Source: Deltaproteobacteria bacterium (GTDB taxonomy: Bacteria > Myxococcota_A > Polyangia > Polyangiales > Houyiibacteriaceae). From it: DNA of 64,000 bases. The position numbers and the translations under genes were made by a program. Shown here one piece after another: positions 27,830 to 38,351 of the stretch. The notes beneath the pieces are model-generated. The model was not told the DNA's origin. It saw nothing but the letters and a program-made list of their open reading frames with translations, and did not search any database. The stretch spans positions 1 through 64,000 of the forward strand of contig JAXMNT010000007.1 of the NCBI GenBank assembly GCA_034670305.1, given 5' to 3'. How positions within the stretch are numbered: position 1 is the stretch's first letter; each line of letters starts with the position of its first letter.

Positions 27830-29047
27830 TCAGCAGGCGGCGAGGATCAGCGAGGTGTTGATGCCGCCGAAGGCGAAGTTGTTGCTCATCACGCGGCGGA
27901 CCTTGGCGTCCTCGGTCTCGCGCACGTAGCGGATCGCAGGGAACGCCGGATCGGGCGTCTCGAGGTTGCGGCTGGCGGGCACGAAGCCGTTCTGGATCGC
28001 GCCGAGCGCGAGGATGGCTTCGATCGCGCCGCACGCGCCCATGGTGTGCCCGGTGTAGGCCTTCGTGCTGCCGACCGGGACGCGGTCTCCGAACACCCGC
28101 CACGTGGCTTCGGCTTCGCCCGCGTCGCCGACCGCGGTCGCGGTCGCGTGTGCGTTGACGTAGTCGATGTCGTCCGCGTGGAGTCCGGCGTCGGCGAGCG
28201 CGAGCTCCATCGACGCCTGCATGCCCTCGGGGGCGGGCGCGGTGATGTGTGTGCCGTCGCAGCTGGTGCCGTACCCGAGCAGTTCACCGAGAATCGTCGC
28301 GCCGCGGGCTTGGGCGTGGTCCCAGGCTTCGAGCACCAGCGTCCCTGCGCCTTCGCCCACGACCAACCCGTTGCGGGCCACGTCGAAGGGGCGCGGGTGT
28401 GCGTCGGGGTCGTCTCCGATGCTCGTGGCTTGCAGCACATCGAACACACCCGTGGAGATGTAGTGCATCTCTTCGGCGCCACCCGTGATCATCACGTCCT
28501 GCATGCCGTAGTGGACCGCTTCGTAGCCCGCGCCGATCGCCTGGGCGGCTGCGACACACGCAGAGCATGTGGTCGTGATGCGGCCTCGAATGCCAAGGGT
28601 CACGGCGAGGTTGGCGGCGCACGTGTGGCTTGCGAACTTGAGGTACGCGTTGCTGCCGAGCCCAAGCAGCGCGTTTGGGGTCTCGAGCGTGAGGGCGAAC
28701 TTCTCCCAGGCTTCGGTTGAGCCATGGGTCGAGCCGTACGCGAGGCCGAGTCGTCCGCTCTGACGCAGCGTTTCGTCGATGCCGGCTTGTGCGAGTGCGC
28801 CTTCGGTGGCGTGCAGGGCGAGCCGGGCGACGCGGCCCATCGCCCGGGTGGTCTTGCGGGGCCATCGACCGAGATCGAGATCGACGACGGGCGCACCGAG
28901 TTTGGTCAACATCTCCGGGTGGTCTCGCCACGCGTCGATCCGCCGGATCCCGTGCCGCCCCTGGGCGAGCGTCTTCATCGCGGTGTCGAGGTCGTGTCCG
29001 ATCGGACTCGCGAGTCCGACGCCCGTGATGGCGACCCGGCGGGTCAT
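27830..29047 (-). CDS. beta-ketoacyl-ACP synthase (FabF-like, aryl-polyene cluster type)
   Basis: SAC active-site Cys, RPFD..RNG.VVGEGAG, NAHATAT, KAYTGHTMGACG, SNNFAFGG. Confidence 0.92.
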   Translation of the reverse strand: MTRRVAITGVGLASPIGHDLDTAMKTLAQGRHGIRRIDAWRDHPEMLTKLGAPVVDLDLGRWPRKTTRAMGRVARLALHATEGALAQAGIDETLRQSGRLGLAYGSTHGSTEAWEKFALTLETPNALLGLGSNAYLKFASHTCAANLAVTLGIRGRITTTCSACVAAAQAIGAGYEAVHYGMQDVMITGGAEEMHYISTGVFDVLQATSIGDDPDAHPRPFDVARNGLVVGEGAGTLVLEAWDHAQARGATILGELLGYGTSCDGTHITAPAPEGMQASMELALADAGLHADDIDYVNAHATATAVGDAGEAEATWRVFGDRVPVGSTKAYTGHTMGACGAIEAILALGAIQNGFVPASRNLETPDPAFPAIRYVRETEDAKVRRVMSNNFAFGGINTSLILAAC

Positions 29048-29817
29048 CGGTGCAGCTCAATCGACCAGGCATCCACGGAATCCTCCGACAGCTGGATGCG
29101 GGCCGCTTGGCCGCCTTGAAGCGCATGAAGGATCCGAAGTGCACCCTCGGCCGTGTGCCCTTCGAACCCTTCCATCGGCGTCGACACGACCTCGGCCGTG
29201 GCCTCGCCGGGTGGCGTGCAGACGGGTCGACCGAGCGCAGCGCCGGTGCCGAGATCCAGCGCGAGCGCCACCGCCATCGTGCCATGAGAGGAGAACTCGG
29301 TGATGGGATCGGGCAGCGGTTCTTCGACGATCGAGACCACCACCCGAGCCTGCTCTCCCGACGCGAGCAACATCCAGGCTTCCAGCAGCGCCAGCGCCAG
29401 GCTGTGATCGCCGGCCGCGACCGCGGTCGTGAACCCGCGGTTCTTGCCGCCGATGGAGAACATACCGGCGGCGGTGTTGTGCACGCTGTTCTTGAAGCGC
29501 GACGGCGACACGATGCCCGTGTCTTCTTTCATCATGCGCATCTGCTCGACCGCGATTTGGATCTCGCCGTGCTGGGACGCGAACACGGTGGCGAACTCTG
29601 CGAGATCCCAGGACGCGTCGCGGGCGGCTTGGGTGACCACCTCGACCGCGCTGCGGGTGGCGATGCTGGTCGCGCGTTTCATTCGCGAGGCGACGATGTC
29701 GACGGGTGGCGCGCTGACCTCGGGGTCCGGCGTGCCAGCGAGAAACGCTGCTTTGTCCGCGAAGCCTGGACTCCACAGGCCGACCCCAGCGATGCGCATT
29801 CGCACGGCTTCGGTCAA
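29044..29817 (-). CDS. ketosynthase chain-length-factor-like protein
   Basis: KRATS..TR, VFASQHGE, VSPSRFKNSVHNTAAG; short KS N-terminal fold without a catalytic Cys motif; overlaps both flanking KS genes by 4 bp. Confidence 0.85.
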   Translation of the reverse strand: MTEAVRMRIAGVGLWSPGFADKAAFLAGTPDPEVSAPPVDIVASRMKRATSIATRSAVEVVTQAARDASWDLAEFATVFASQHGEIQIAVEQMRMMKEDTGIVSPSRFKNSVHNTAAGMFSIGGKNRGFTTAVAAGDHSLALALLEAWMLLASGEQARVVVSIVEEPLPDPITEFSSHGTMAVALALDLGTGAALGRPVCTPPGEATAEVVSTPMEGFEGHTAEGALRILHALQGGQAARIQLSEDSVDAWSIELHR

Positions 29818-31022
29818 CGTCCGGCCTCTGCGCGCTCGAAGAGCACGCTCGCGTTGTTGCCGCCGAAGGCAAACGCGTTGCTGAGCGCGAACCGCACGTC
29901 GGTCTCGAGGACCTGCTGCGGCAGGTGGAGGTGGATGTCCGGGTCCACCGGGTCTGCGCCGAGGGCGGCCGGGATCCAACCCTGTTCGAGCGCAGCAATC
30001 GAGAAGATGGCTTCGACGGCACCACAGGCGCCGAGCGTGTGTCCCGTGTACGCCTTGGTGGACACCACCGGGACGTGCTCTCCGAAAAGCGTGTGCAGCG
30101 CGATGGACTCGGCCGCGTCGTTGTACGTGGTGCCGGTCCCATGTGCGTTCACGTAGTCGACCACATCCGCTGCGACGCCGGCCTCCGCCAAGGCATCCCG
30201 CATCGCTTGCAGTGCGCCAGCGCCCTCCGGCTCGGGCGAACTCATGTGGTACGCGTCCGAGGTCTCCCCGACGCCGCGCAACCACGCCCGGGCGTTTCCT
30301 TCGCGTTCGATCAGGAGGAACGCCCCGGCTTCGCCCACGTTCATCCCCGGTCGGTTTTCACCGAACGGCCGACAGGGTTCGGGCGACATCACACCGAGGC
30401 TGTGGAAGCCGCGCACGGTCGTGTTGCAGAGACCGTCGACGCCGCCGACCAGCACGGCGTCCGCGAGGTCGAGCGCCAACAGCCGGCGGGCGCTCGAGAA
30501 GACCTTCGCGCTCGACGAACACGCGGTGCTGATGACCCAGCGCGGGCCGGCGATGCCGGAGAGGATCGCGATCGCGTCCAAGAACGCATGAAAGGGGTGC
30601 TGCGTTGGGTACGTGAACGCAGTGGGCAGCCGCGCCGGAACCGGACACCCCTGGTCGTGCCATCCGAAGAAGACCGATTCGGTCGTGTCGATGCCGCCGG
30701 TGCTGGTGCCGAGGACCAGCGCCACGCGACGGGCGCCCCAGCGCGCGACCGATGCGTCGACCGCGTCCGCGATCTCGGCATAGCCCAGGGCCGCGAGCCG
30801 GGCGGTCCGGGAGTCGTAGCCCTGGAGTGCTTCGGGCAGCGGTTCGAGTGCGCCTGGCACGGTCCCGGTCCGGGCCTCGAACGGGATCTCGAACGGGACC
30901 TCGCGCAAGCCACGTCGACCCGCGCGGAGCTCCGCCAGGCAGTCCGCGGTGGTTCGACCGAGTCCTGAGCAGAGCCCGTACGCGGTGATGGGAAGGCGAG
31001 GATGTTCCAACGGGTTGTTCAT
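29814..31022 (-). CDS. beta-ketoacyl-ACP synthase (aryl-polyene KS type)
   Basis: LGTSTGGI, STACSSSAK, GGVD.LC, GFHSL, CRPF..NR.G.NVGEA, NAHGTGT, GHTLGACG, SNAFAFGGNN. Confidence 0.92.
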   Translation of the reverse strand: MNNPLEHPRLPITAYGLCSGLGRTTADCLAELRAGRRGLREVPFEIPFEARTGTVPGALEPLPEALQGYDSRTARLAALGYAEIADAVDASVARWGARRVALVLGTSTGGIDTTESVFFGWHDQGCPVPARLPTAFTYPTQHPFHAFLDAIAILSGIAGPRWVISTACSSSAKVFSSARRLLALDLADAVLVGGVDGLCNTTVRGFHSLGVMSPEPCRPFGENRPGMNVGEAGAFLLIEREGNARAWLRGVGETSDAYHMSSPEPEGAGALQAMRDALAEAGVAADVVDYVNAHGTGTTYNDAAESIALHTLFGEHVPVVSTKAYTGHTLGACGAVEAIFSIAALEQGWIPAALGADPVDPDIHLHLPQQVLETDVRFALSNAFAFGGNNASVLFERAEAGR

Positions 31023-31074
31023 AGGACAGCCCGCGCATGGACGCAGCCCGGCGCGCTCTGTTCAGGCGAAGGAC

Positions 31075-31992
<918 letters not shown>

Positions 31993-32087
31993 GCGGCCAC
32001 CATAGCAGAGGGTTTTCGACAGCGCGCACCACCGCCGGACGCTCCAAGATGTTGACCATCGCCGGTGTGCGCGGCAGGGGTGAATGC

Positions 32088-33089
32088 GTGCACCCTCCGA
32101 TCTTCGTCATCTCGCCGCCGCGCGCTGGCTCCACGCTGCTGCAGCGCATGTTGGGCTCGCACGAGGGGATCTTCACCCACCCCGAGCCCCACCTCATCAC
32201 CCCGCTCGCGTACTTGGGCTACCACGACCGGGTCGACGCCGCGCCGTACGACCACGTGAACGCGGCCGAAGCGATCCAGAGTTTCGTGGAGGGACTGCCC
32301 GCGGGCGAACAAGACTACCTGGACGCGGTGCGCGCGTACGCCGACACGATGTACGGCCGCATGGTGTCCACCCGTCCGGGCACGCGCTTCTTGGACAAGA
32401 CCCCTGCCTACGCATTGGTGCTTCCGTTCCTGACCAAGCTCTACCCGGACGCGTCGTACGTCGTCCTGACCCGTCATCCGCTCGCGGTGTTCAGCTCCTA
32501 TGCGCAGAGCTTTTTCCACGGCGATTGGATCGCGGCCCATGCCTACAACCCGGTCGTCGAACGGTACGTGCCTGCGATGGCGGCGATGATCCGGGACCGG
32601 CCGACCCCGCTCGTGCACGTGGCGTACGAGCGCATGGTGTCGGCGCCCGAAGCAGAGCTCGAACGCGTCTTCGCGTTCCTCGGGCTCGACAACGACCCCG
32701 ACGCGGTGAACTACGGCAAGACGGAGATGAAGGCCGGCATGGGCGACCCCATCAACGTCGGCCGCCACGATCGACCGACCACTTCCAGCAAAGAGAAGTG
32801 GGCGCTCGAGCTCCGGGACGACCCGGCCAAGCGCGCGCTGGCCGAGTCGATGATCGCGAAGTTGAGCGACGCGGATCTCGAGGCGTGGGGATGGCCGCGC
32901 GACTCCGTCTTCGACCCGCTCGACAACGTCGGCGACGGACCCGCGCCGAAGCCGGTGCTCAACAAGTACACGATGCAACGGCGGGTGATGCTCGCGCTCC
33001 GCAAAGGCGTCCACGCGCGCCCCGAGGGCGTGCAGCTACTGAAGCGCGTCCGCTACTACGTCGACGTCCTGCTCCGCGACCAGCTCTAG
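32088..33089 (+). CDS. sulfotransferase family protein (alternative start 32049)
   Basis: [15 protein letters not shown] 5'-PAPS loop, [13 protein letters not shown] 3'-phosphate motif, YERMV..PE. Confidence 0.9.
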   Translation: MHPPIFVISPPRAGSTLLQRMLGSHEGIFTHPEPHLITPLAYLGYHDRVDAAPYDHVNAAEAIQSFVEGLPAGEQDYLDAVRAYADTMYGRMVSTRPGTRFLDKTPAYALVLPFLTKLYPDASYVVLTRHPLAVFSSYAQSFFHGDWIAAHAYNPVVERYVPAMAAMIRDRPTPLVHVAYERMVSAPEAELERVFAFLGLDNDPDAVNYGKTEMKAGMGDPINVGRHDRPTTSSKEKWALELRDDPAKRALAESMIAKLSDADLEAWGWPRDSVFDPLDNVGDGPAPKPVLNKYTMQRRVMLALRKGVHARPEGVQLLKRVRYYVDVLLRDQL

Positions 33090-34459
33090 GTCGCGCCGGC
33101 TGCCTTCAGGGCGGCGTCCACCATGACTTGGTGTTGCGCGGGGTCGGCCCAGCGTTTCTGGGCGGCCTCGGACAAGAGGTCGACGGGGTCGAAGTAGAGG
33201 AAGAACTTGCCCGGCTTCACCGACGGCGCCGTGTAGACGCTGATGCCAGTCTCCCGGTCGTAGTGTTCGTAGCTGTGCACGCTGCGCTTGCCGCCCCCAC
33301 CAGGCGCATCGACGACGAACGTCGGCGTGTTGAAGCCGGCGGTGGTCCCGCGCACGAACTTCTCGAGGTCCGCGGCCGTCTGGACGGTGGTGCGCAGCTC
33401 TTCGACACCCTTCACGAGATCGTGTTGGTAGACGTAGTACGGATGCACGTTGATCCACGCGCAGCGACGCGCGAGCAAGGTCTGGGTCTCGACGCTGTCG
33501 TTGACGCCACGCTGGAGCACCGACTGGTTCCGCACGTGCACCCCCTCCGACATGAACCGCGCCATCGCGCGTGCCGTGATCTCGGTGATCTCGTTGGGGT
33601 GGTTGAAGTGGGTGTGGAGCATCACGTCCTTGTGAAGCTCGCGTCCGCGGTGCACGACGCCGACGAAGGCTTTGAACCACTCGTCGTCGGTCAGCGCCTT
33701 CTGCGGCATCACAGCGGGTCCCTTCGACGCGAAGCGCATCCGGCGCACGTGTGGGATGTCGAGAAGCCGATGACCCAGCGTCTCGATCTGAGACGCCTTC
33801 AAGTTCCACGCATCGCCCCCGGAGATGACGATGTCTTCGAGCTCTGGGCGCGACGCGATGTACGCGAAGATGACGTCCCACCGTTTCGGGCTCGCCTTCA
33901 AGCTGACCTTCTCGACCATCTCCTGGTCCGGGCCGACCGCGTACGAACGGGTGCAGAAGCGGCAGTAGACCGGGCAGGTGTCGAGCGCGAGAAAGAGCGC
34001 CTTGTCTGGGTAGCGGTGGGTCAGACCGGGCACCGGTGCATCGCCCTGCTCGCCGAGAGAGTCGAACGTGAGCTTCGGATGATCGGCCAGCCGCGTGGAG
34101 GCGACGGGAATGAACTGGCGACGGATCGGATCGTCGTACGGGTTCTCCCAGTCGATGAGGCTGAGCATGTACGGGGACACCCGCACCGCCATCGGCGCCT
34201 TGGCGAAGCCGGCTTCGGCATCTTGTAGAAACGCATCACCGACGAGACCACTCACCGCTTGCAGCAACTTCGCCGCCTTGGTGATCGTGTGTTTCATCTG
34301 CCATCGGTGGTCGAGGAAGGTGGCTTCGTCTACGTCCGCGAACGCCGGAATCGACTGCCAGAACAGCCCATCGCGCAAGTCGCGGTGCGCCAAGGTCTCG
34401 GGGGCCACGGCCGGCCGCGCCGTCCGCTCTTGTTGGATCACCGGAAGTTCTTCACCCAT
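33086..34459 (-). CDS. KamA-family radical SAM enzyme (lysine 2,3-aminomutase-like)
   Basis: THRYPDK, CPVYCRFCTR, ISGGD, HFNHPNE, NQSVL.RGVND, PYYVYQ.D, FVVDAPGGGGK. Confidence 0.92.
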   Translation of the reverse strand: MGEELPVIQQERTARPAVAPETLAHRDLRDGLFWQSIPAFADVDEATFLDHRWQMKHTITKAAKLLQAVSGLVGDAFLQDAEAGFAKAPMAVRVSPYMLSLIDWENPYDDPIRRQFIPVASTRLADHPKLTFDSLGEQGDAPVPGLTHRYPDKALFLALDTCPVYCRFCTRSYAVGPDQEMVEKVSLKASPKRWDVIFAYIASRPELEDIVISGGDAWNLKASQIETLGHRLLDIPHVRRMRFASKGPAVMPQKALTDDEWFKAFVGVVHRGRELHKDVMLHTHFNHPNEITEITARAMARFMSEGVHVRNQSVLQRGVNDSVETQTLLARRCAWINVHPYYVYQHDLVKGVEELRTTVQTAADLEKFVRGTTAGFNTPTFVVDAPGGGGKRSVHSYEHYDRETGISVYTAPSVKPGKFFLYFDPVDLLSEAAQKRWADPAQHQVMVDAALKAAGAT

Positions 34460-34593
34460 GGGCCCGGTAGAGCACATCTCCAGAATGCGCGCGAGTCGAT
34501 CCGTGCGCAGGCGCGTCTCTCGGATCGACTTTCCGGACCTGGTGTCATCCGAGATGCCGGGAACAACCCGGGGCGCGGGGCGTACCAAACTGC

Positions 34594-35760
34594 GTGGTCC
34601 AGCCACCCACTCCGCACGCGGTCTGCCTCTTGTGGGCGATGACTGCTTGTGCGGTTCCGCTGCGCGAGGTCGAGGTCTGTGCGCCGGTCGCCGAGTCGAC
34701 ATCGGACGAAGAGGGGTTGTTCGGCCTCGAACTCGGACTCGAGGACCTGCCGCTGGGCCGGACGGTGGTCGCGATTCAGATCGTCGGCAACGAGGCGGTG
34801 TCCTCCGCCACGGTTCGGCGCTCGATCGAGACTTCGATCGGCGATGGGTTCGACGAAACGAGCGTCGCGGCGGATGTGCGTCGCCTCTGGAGGCTCGAAG
34901 TGTTCGAGGACGTCCACGTGCGTGCGGTGCGATCGGGCGAAGGCGTGAAGCTCGTCTACGAAGTCGCGGAGCGTCCCGTCGTGTCCGCGGTCCAGGTCGC
35001 GACTGGCCACGACGCGACCTCGATGATCGATGACCGGGAGGCGGCACCGTTCCGCGCCTTGCCCGGCGCCATCTTCGATCCGGCGCGGATCCGTCGCATG
35101 GAAGCGCGGGCGGAGCATGGGCTGAACCGGCTTGGTCATCTTCGGCCGCGGGTCGCGGTGCACGCAACGCGCACGGACGCAGCGGTGCAACTCTGCGTCG
35201 AGCTGCAGGCCGGTCCCCGCCACCGCATCGAATCCATCGAGTTCGACGTGGCCGACGCATCGGAGGCCGCGCTCCCGGCAGGTACCGCAGTGATCGACGA
35301 GCTACGGCCCTTGCTCGGTGGCGACGAGGTGAATGTGGTCGGCGGCATCTACCGCCCCGACTTGATGGAAGAAGCGAGGGCCCGGGTGCTCGCCGCGCTC
35401 TACGAACGCGGTCGGGTGTCGGCGTTCGTGGGGGAACCGGAAGTCGACGTGGGCGACGACGTGGTCACGGTGCGGCTGCCGCTCACGTTGGGTGCGTCGT
35501 ACCGCATTCGTCGTGCGGAGGTCGTGGGGGCGGAACCGCTGGACGCGGTGGAGGCGCTCGTCGGCGAGCTGTTCGTTCGCAGCGAGGTCATGTCCGCGCT
35601 GGAGCGGGTTCAGGCACGCGAGCGCAGCGGCGGCCGCGCGGTGGTGGTCACACCAGAAACGACGCTCGAGGTGGTGCAGGGGGAGGGCCTGGTGGACCTC
35701 CGGTTCGTGGTCGACGACCCGCCCGATGAGCGGGAATCAACCGAGGCACGCACTCCGTGA
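34594..35760 (+). CDS. POTRA-domain protein lacking a beta-barrel (start uncertain)
   Basis: IQIVGNEAV...D..RLWRLEVFEDV.V.....LVYEV.ERP resembles BamA POTRA1; further POTRA-like repeats; ends without a barrel. Confidence 0.75.
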   Translation: MVQPPTPHAVCLLWAMTACAVPLREVEVCAPVAESTSDEEGLFGLELGLEDLPLGRTVVAIQIVGNEAVSSATVRRSIETSIGDGFDETSVAADVRRLWRLEVFEDVHVRAVRSGEGVKLVYEVAERPVVSAVQVATGHDATSMIDDREAAPFRALPGAIFDPARIRRMEARAEHGLNRLGHLRPRVAVHATRTDAAVQLCVELQAGPRHRIESIEFDVADASEAALPAGTAVIDELRPLLGGDEVNVVGGIYRPDLMEEARARVLAALYERGRVSAFVGEPEVDVGDDVVTVRLPLTLGASYRIRRAEVVGAEPLDAVEALVGELFVRSEVMSALERVQARERSGGRAVVVTPETTLEVVQGEGLVDLRFVVDDPPDERESTEARTP

Positions 35761-36974
35761 AGACCTTCCGGCTCGCGCTCGTGTTCGCGCTGGCGTGCGT
35801 GCATGCACCGCCGCCGCGGTCGTTCACGCCGCAGGAGCAGATGGGCGGCCTCGTGATCGAAGAGATCTTCACGCGGTGCGCCCCGCCCCTCGAAGGCGCG
35901 CTCGAGGCGTACGTGCGGTCGGTGGGGGAGCGGCTTGTGCGCGCGGTCGACGACCCCACCCGTGACTGGAAGTTCCGCGTGCTGGACCTGGACACCGTCA
36001 ATGCATGGGCGGCGCCCGGCGGCCGGGTCTTCGTGACGCGCGGGTTGCTCGTGCACTTGAGTTCCGATGCGGAACTGGCAGCGGTGCTCGCGCACGAGAT
36101 GGGCCACGTCGTCGCTGGGCACGGGCGCGACTTCTTGACCGAAGCGCCCCCCACCTCCGAGTACACGCCAAGCTTGCTCGCCCGCGCCGCCGTCTTCGAT
36201 CGAGACGAGGAGCGGCAAGCCGACGAGATGGCGGTGCGGTTCATGGAAGCCGCCGGGTACGATGGTCGGGCGATGTCGTCCATGCTGCGCGCGCTGCATC
36301 GGGGCGCAGCGCCATCCCCGACGTCGCCCAACGAGCACGGGTGGGCGCGCCGCCATCCTCCGCTCCCGGTGCGACTGGCGCGGGCCGAGCGCACCGCGCG
36401 CCCTGGCGGAGATGTGGACGTCGAGGTGCACATGCAGGCGATCGATGGCCAGATCGTACAGCGTGCGGTCGAGACCCGACCCACGCAGAGTACGATCGGC
36501 ACCGCCTTCGTCGAACCCATCACCGGCTGGTCGTTGCCGCACACCAACGGATGGGCGAGCCCCGGGCCCACCTGCGGAGTGCGGCTGCACGACGGAACGT
36601 TCTTCACGTACGGCCATGCGGCCGAACCTCCGGGCAGGTTGATTCGGCCGGGCGTTTGGATCCGCCGGGTGGAGGGGCTGGAAGGCGCCCTGCTCACCGT
36701 CGTGGTGGCGCACGAGTCGCCCGTCGTCCTCGAGTTCTATCGTTCAGGGCCGGACGCCGAGGCGGTGCTCCTCGCTTGGGTGGCCACCGGTTCGGTGCGG
36801 GTGCCGGTGGCTGGGGTGCGGGTATCCGTTCGGGCCACCACCTCGCCAGATGCCACAGTGGTCTGTGCGCCTGAGCCGCTCGGCACGTTCGACCCGCGCG
36901 TCACGGCCGCGCTCAACGGCGATGCTTCGGGCTGGATCAAGTGCGCCTACCGCGTCGCCAACCTCAACCACTAA
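35757..36974 (+). CDS. M48-family metalloprotease lipoprotein (BepA-like)
   Basis: Lipobox LALAC; YV..VG.RL, NAWAAPGG.VFVTRGL, ELAAVLAHEMGH, E..AD, AGYD, HP...R; GTGA overlap. Confidence 0.88.
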   Translation: MKTFRLALVFALACVHAPPPRSFTPQEQMGGLVIEEIFTRCAPPLEGALEAYVRSVGERLVRAVDDPTRDWKFRVLDLDTVNAWAAPGGRVFVTRGLLVHLSSDAELAAVLAHEMGHVVAGHGRDFLTEAPPTSEYTPSLLARAAVFDRDEERQADEMAVRFMEAAGYDGRAMSSMLRALHRGAAPSPTSPNEHGWARRHPPLPVRLARAERTARPGGDVDVEVHMQAIDGQIVQRAVETRPTQSTIGTAFVEPITGWSLPHTNGWASPGPTCGVRLHDGTFFTYGHAAEPPGRLIRPGVWIRRVEGLEGALLTVVVAHESPVVLEFYRSGPDAEAVLLAWVATGSVRVPVAGVRVSVRATTSPDATVVCAPEPLGTFDPRVTAALNGDASGWIKCAYRVANLNH

Positions 36975-37075
36975 GAATTGTCAGGTCCTCAGGCGCGGTC
37001 CGGGTTGGGGCCGACGCGTGCGTCAGGCGGCGCTGGGGGGTTGCTCCTGGGCGCCTGCGGCCATAGCGTTCGGGC

Positions 37076-37993
37076 ATGGATGACACCAAGTCGCGCATTT
37101 CCCAGATGGTTCAGGAACACCCGGTCGTACTGTTCATGAAGGGCAACCGAGGTGCGCCCCGCTGTGGTTTCTCGGCCAAGGTGGTCGGAACGCTGGACGA
37201 GTACCTGCCCGACTACGTGACCGTGGACGTGCTGGAGGATCCCGCCGTGCGCGAGGGCATCAAAGCCTTCTCGAGCTGGCCGACCATTCCGCAGCTCTAC
37301 GTGAAGGGTGAGTTCGTCGGTGGCTGCGACATCGTCACCGAGATGGCCGAGAACGGCGAACTCGATGAGGTCCTCGGCATCAAGCGCGCGGAGATCGCGC
37401 CGCCGGAAGTCTTCGTCACCCCGGCGGGCCTCGAAGCCCTCCAGAAGTTTCACGAGGGGGAGGGCGCGCCGTGCATCCGTCTCGACATCAACGCCGCATG
37501 GCAATACGGCATGGACTTCGACGCGCCCAAGGGGAGCGACGTGGTCGTCGACGGCGGCGCGTGGAAGGTCGTGATGTCCCGCGCATCCGCCCTCCGTGCG
37601 AACGGTCTGACCATCGACTTCGTGGACAACGCCGGGGGCGGCGGGTTCAAGATCGACAACCCGAACGAGCCGCCCAAGGTGAAGCTGCTCGAGCCGGCCG
37701 AACTCAAGGCGTGGATCGACGGCGGCAAACCGTTCGAGTTCTTCGACGTGCGGGGCACCGACGAGCGCGAGGTCGCCAAGATCGAAGGCGCGATGATGCT
37801 GGACCCGGCAGGTCAGAAGTTCCTGCGCGCGCTCGACCGGCAGAAGACCTTGGTCTTCCATTGTCACCACGGCATGCGCTCCCAGCGCGCGGCCGAGATG
37901 GCGCTCCAGATGGGCTTCACCGACGTGCACAACCTCGCGGGCGGCATCGACGCCTGGTCCCGCAAAGTCGACAGCACCATCCCGCGCTACTGA
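37076..37993 (+). CDS. grxD: monothiol glutaredoxin fused to HesB-like and rhodanese domains
   Basis: LFMKG...PRCGFS, WPTIPQLY..GEFVGGCDI; middle IDFV....GFKIDNPN; C-terminal DVR..E, CHHGMRS, NL.GGIDAW. Confidence 0.88.
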   Translation: MDDTKSRISQMVQEHPVVLFMKGNRGAPRCGFSAKVVGTLDEYLPDYVTVDVLEDPAVREGIKAFSSWPTIPQLYVKGEFVGGCDIVTEMAENGELDEVLGIKRAEIAPPEVFVTPAGLEALQKFHEGEGAPCIRLDINAAWQYGMDFDAPKGSDVVVDGGAWKVVMSRASALRANGLTIDFVDNAGGGGFKIDNPNEPPKVKLLEPAELKAWIDGGKPFEFFDVRGTDEREVAKIEGAMMLDPAGQKFLRALDRQKTLVFHCHHGMRSQRAAEMALQMGFTDVHNLAGGIDAWSRKVDSTIPRY

Positions 37994-38008
37994 GGCTTTT
38001 TCCTGGCA

Positions 38009-38271
38009 CTACGGGCCTGGCTCGCTTCGCGAGACTGGCGGCCCTAATTCGCGCCCGTCGCTGCCTGCACGTGCTCGCCGCCCATTCTCTGGTGCACTGA
38101 AGAAGCACTGGAGACTTCTGGCGGCTGCGCGCGTCCAGGCGCTCCTTGAGGCGCTCTGTGATCACTTGGAAGTGCACCAGTTGCTCGGCCTTCGGCCTGC
38201 GCAGGTGCACTTGTCGGTGACGCTTTCTTTCCGCACTACGGGCCTGGCTCGCTTCGCGAGACTGGCGGCCC
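38009..38271. repeat. two REP-like palindromic units flanking a GTGCAC hairpin
   Basis: CTACGGGCCTGGCTCGCTTCGCGAGACTGGCGGCCC at 38009 and 38236; AAGTGCACC...GGTGCACTT inverted repeat at about 38169-38214. Confidence 0.88.
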
Positions 38272-38351
38272 GCCGCCGTTCACCTGGTGAGACGCACTCC
38301 ACTTGATTCCGCGCCACGTTGGTTTGGTGAATGGGGTGCGGAGAAGGTGGT

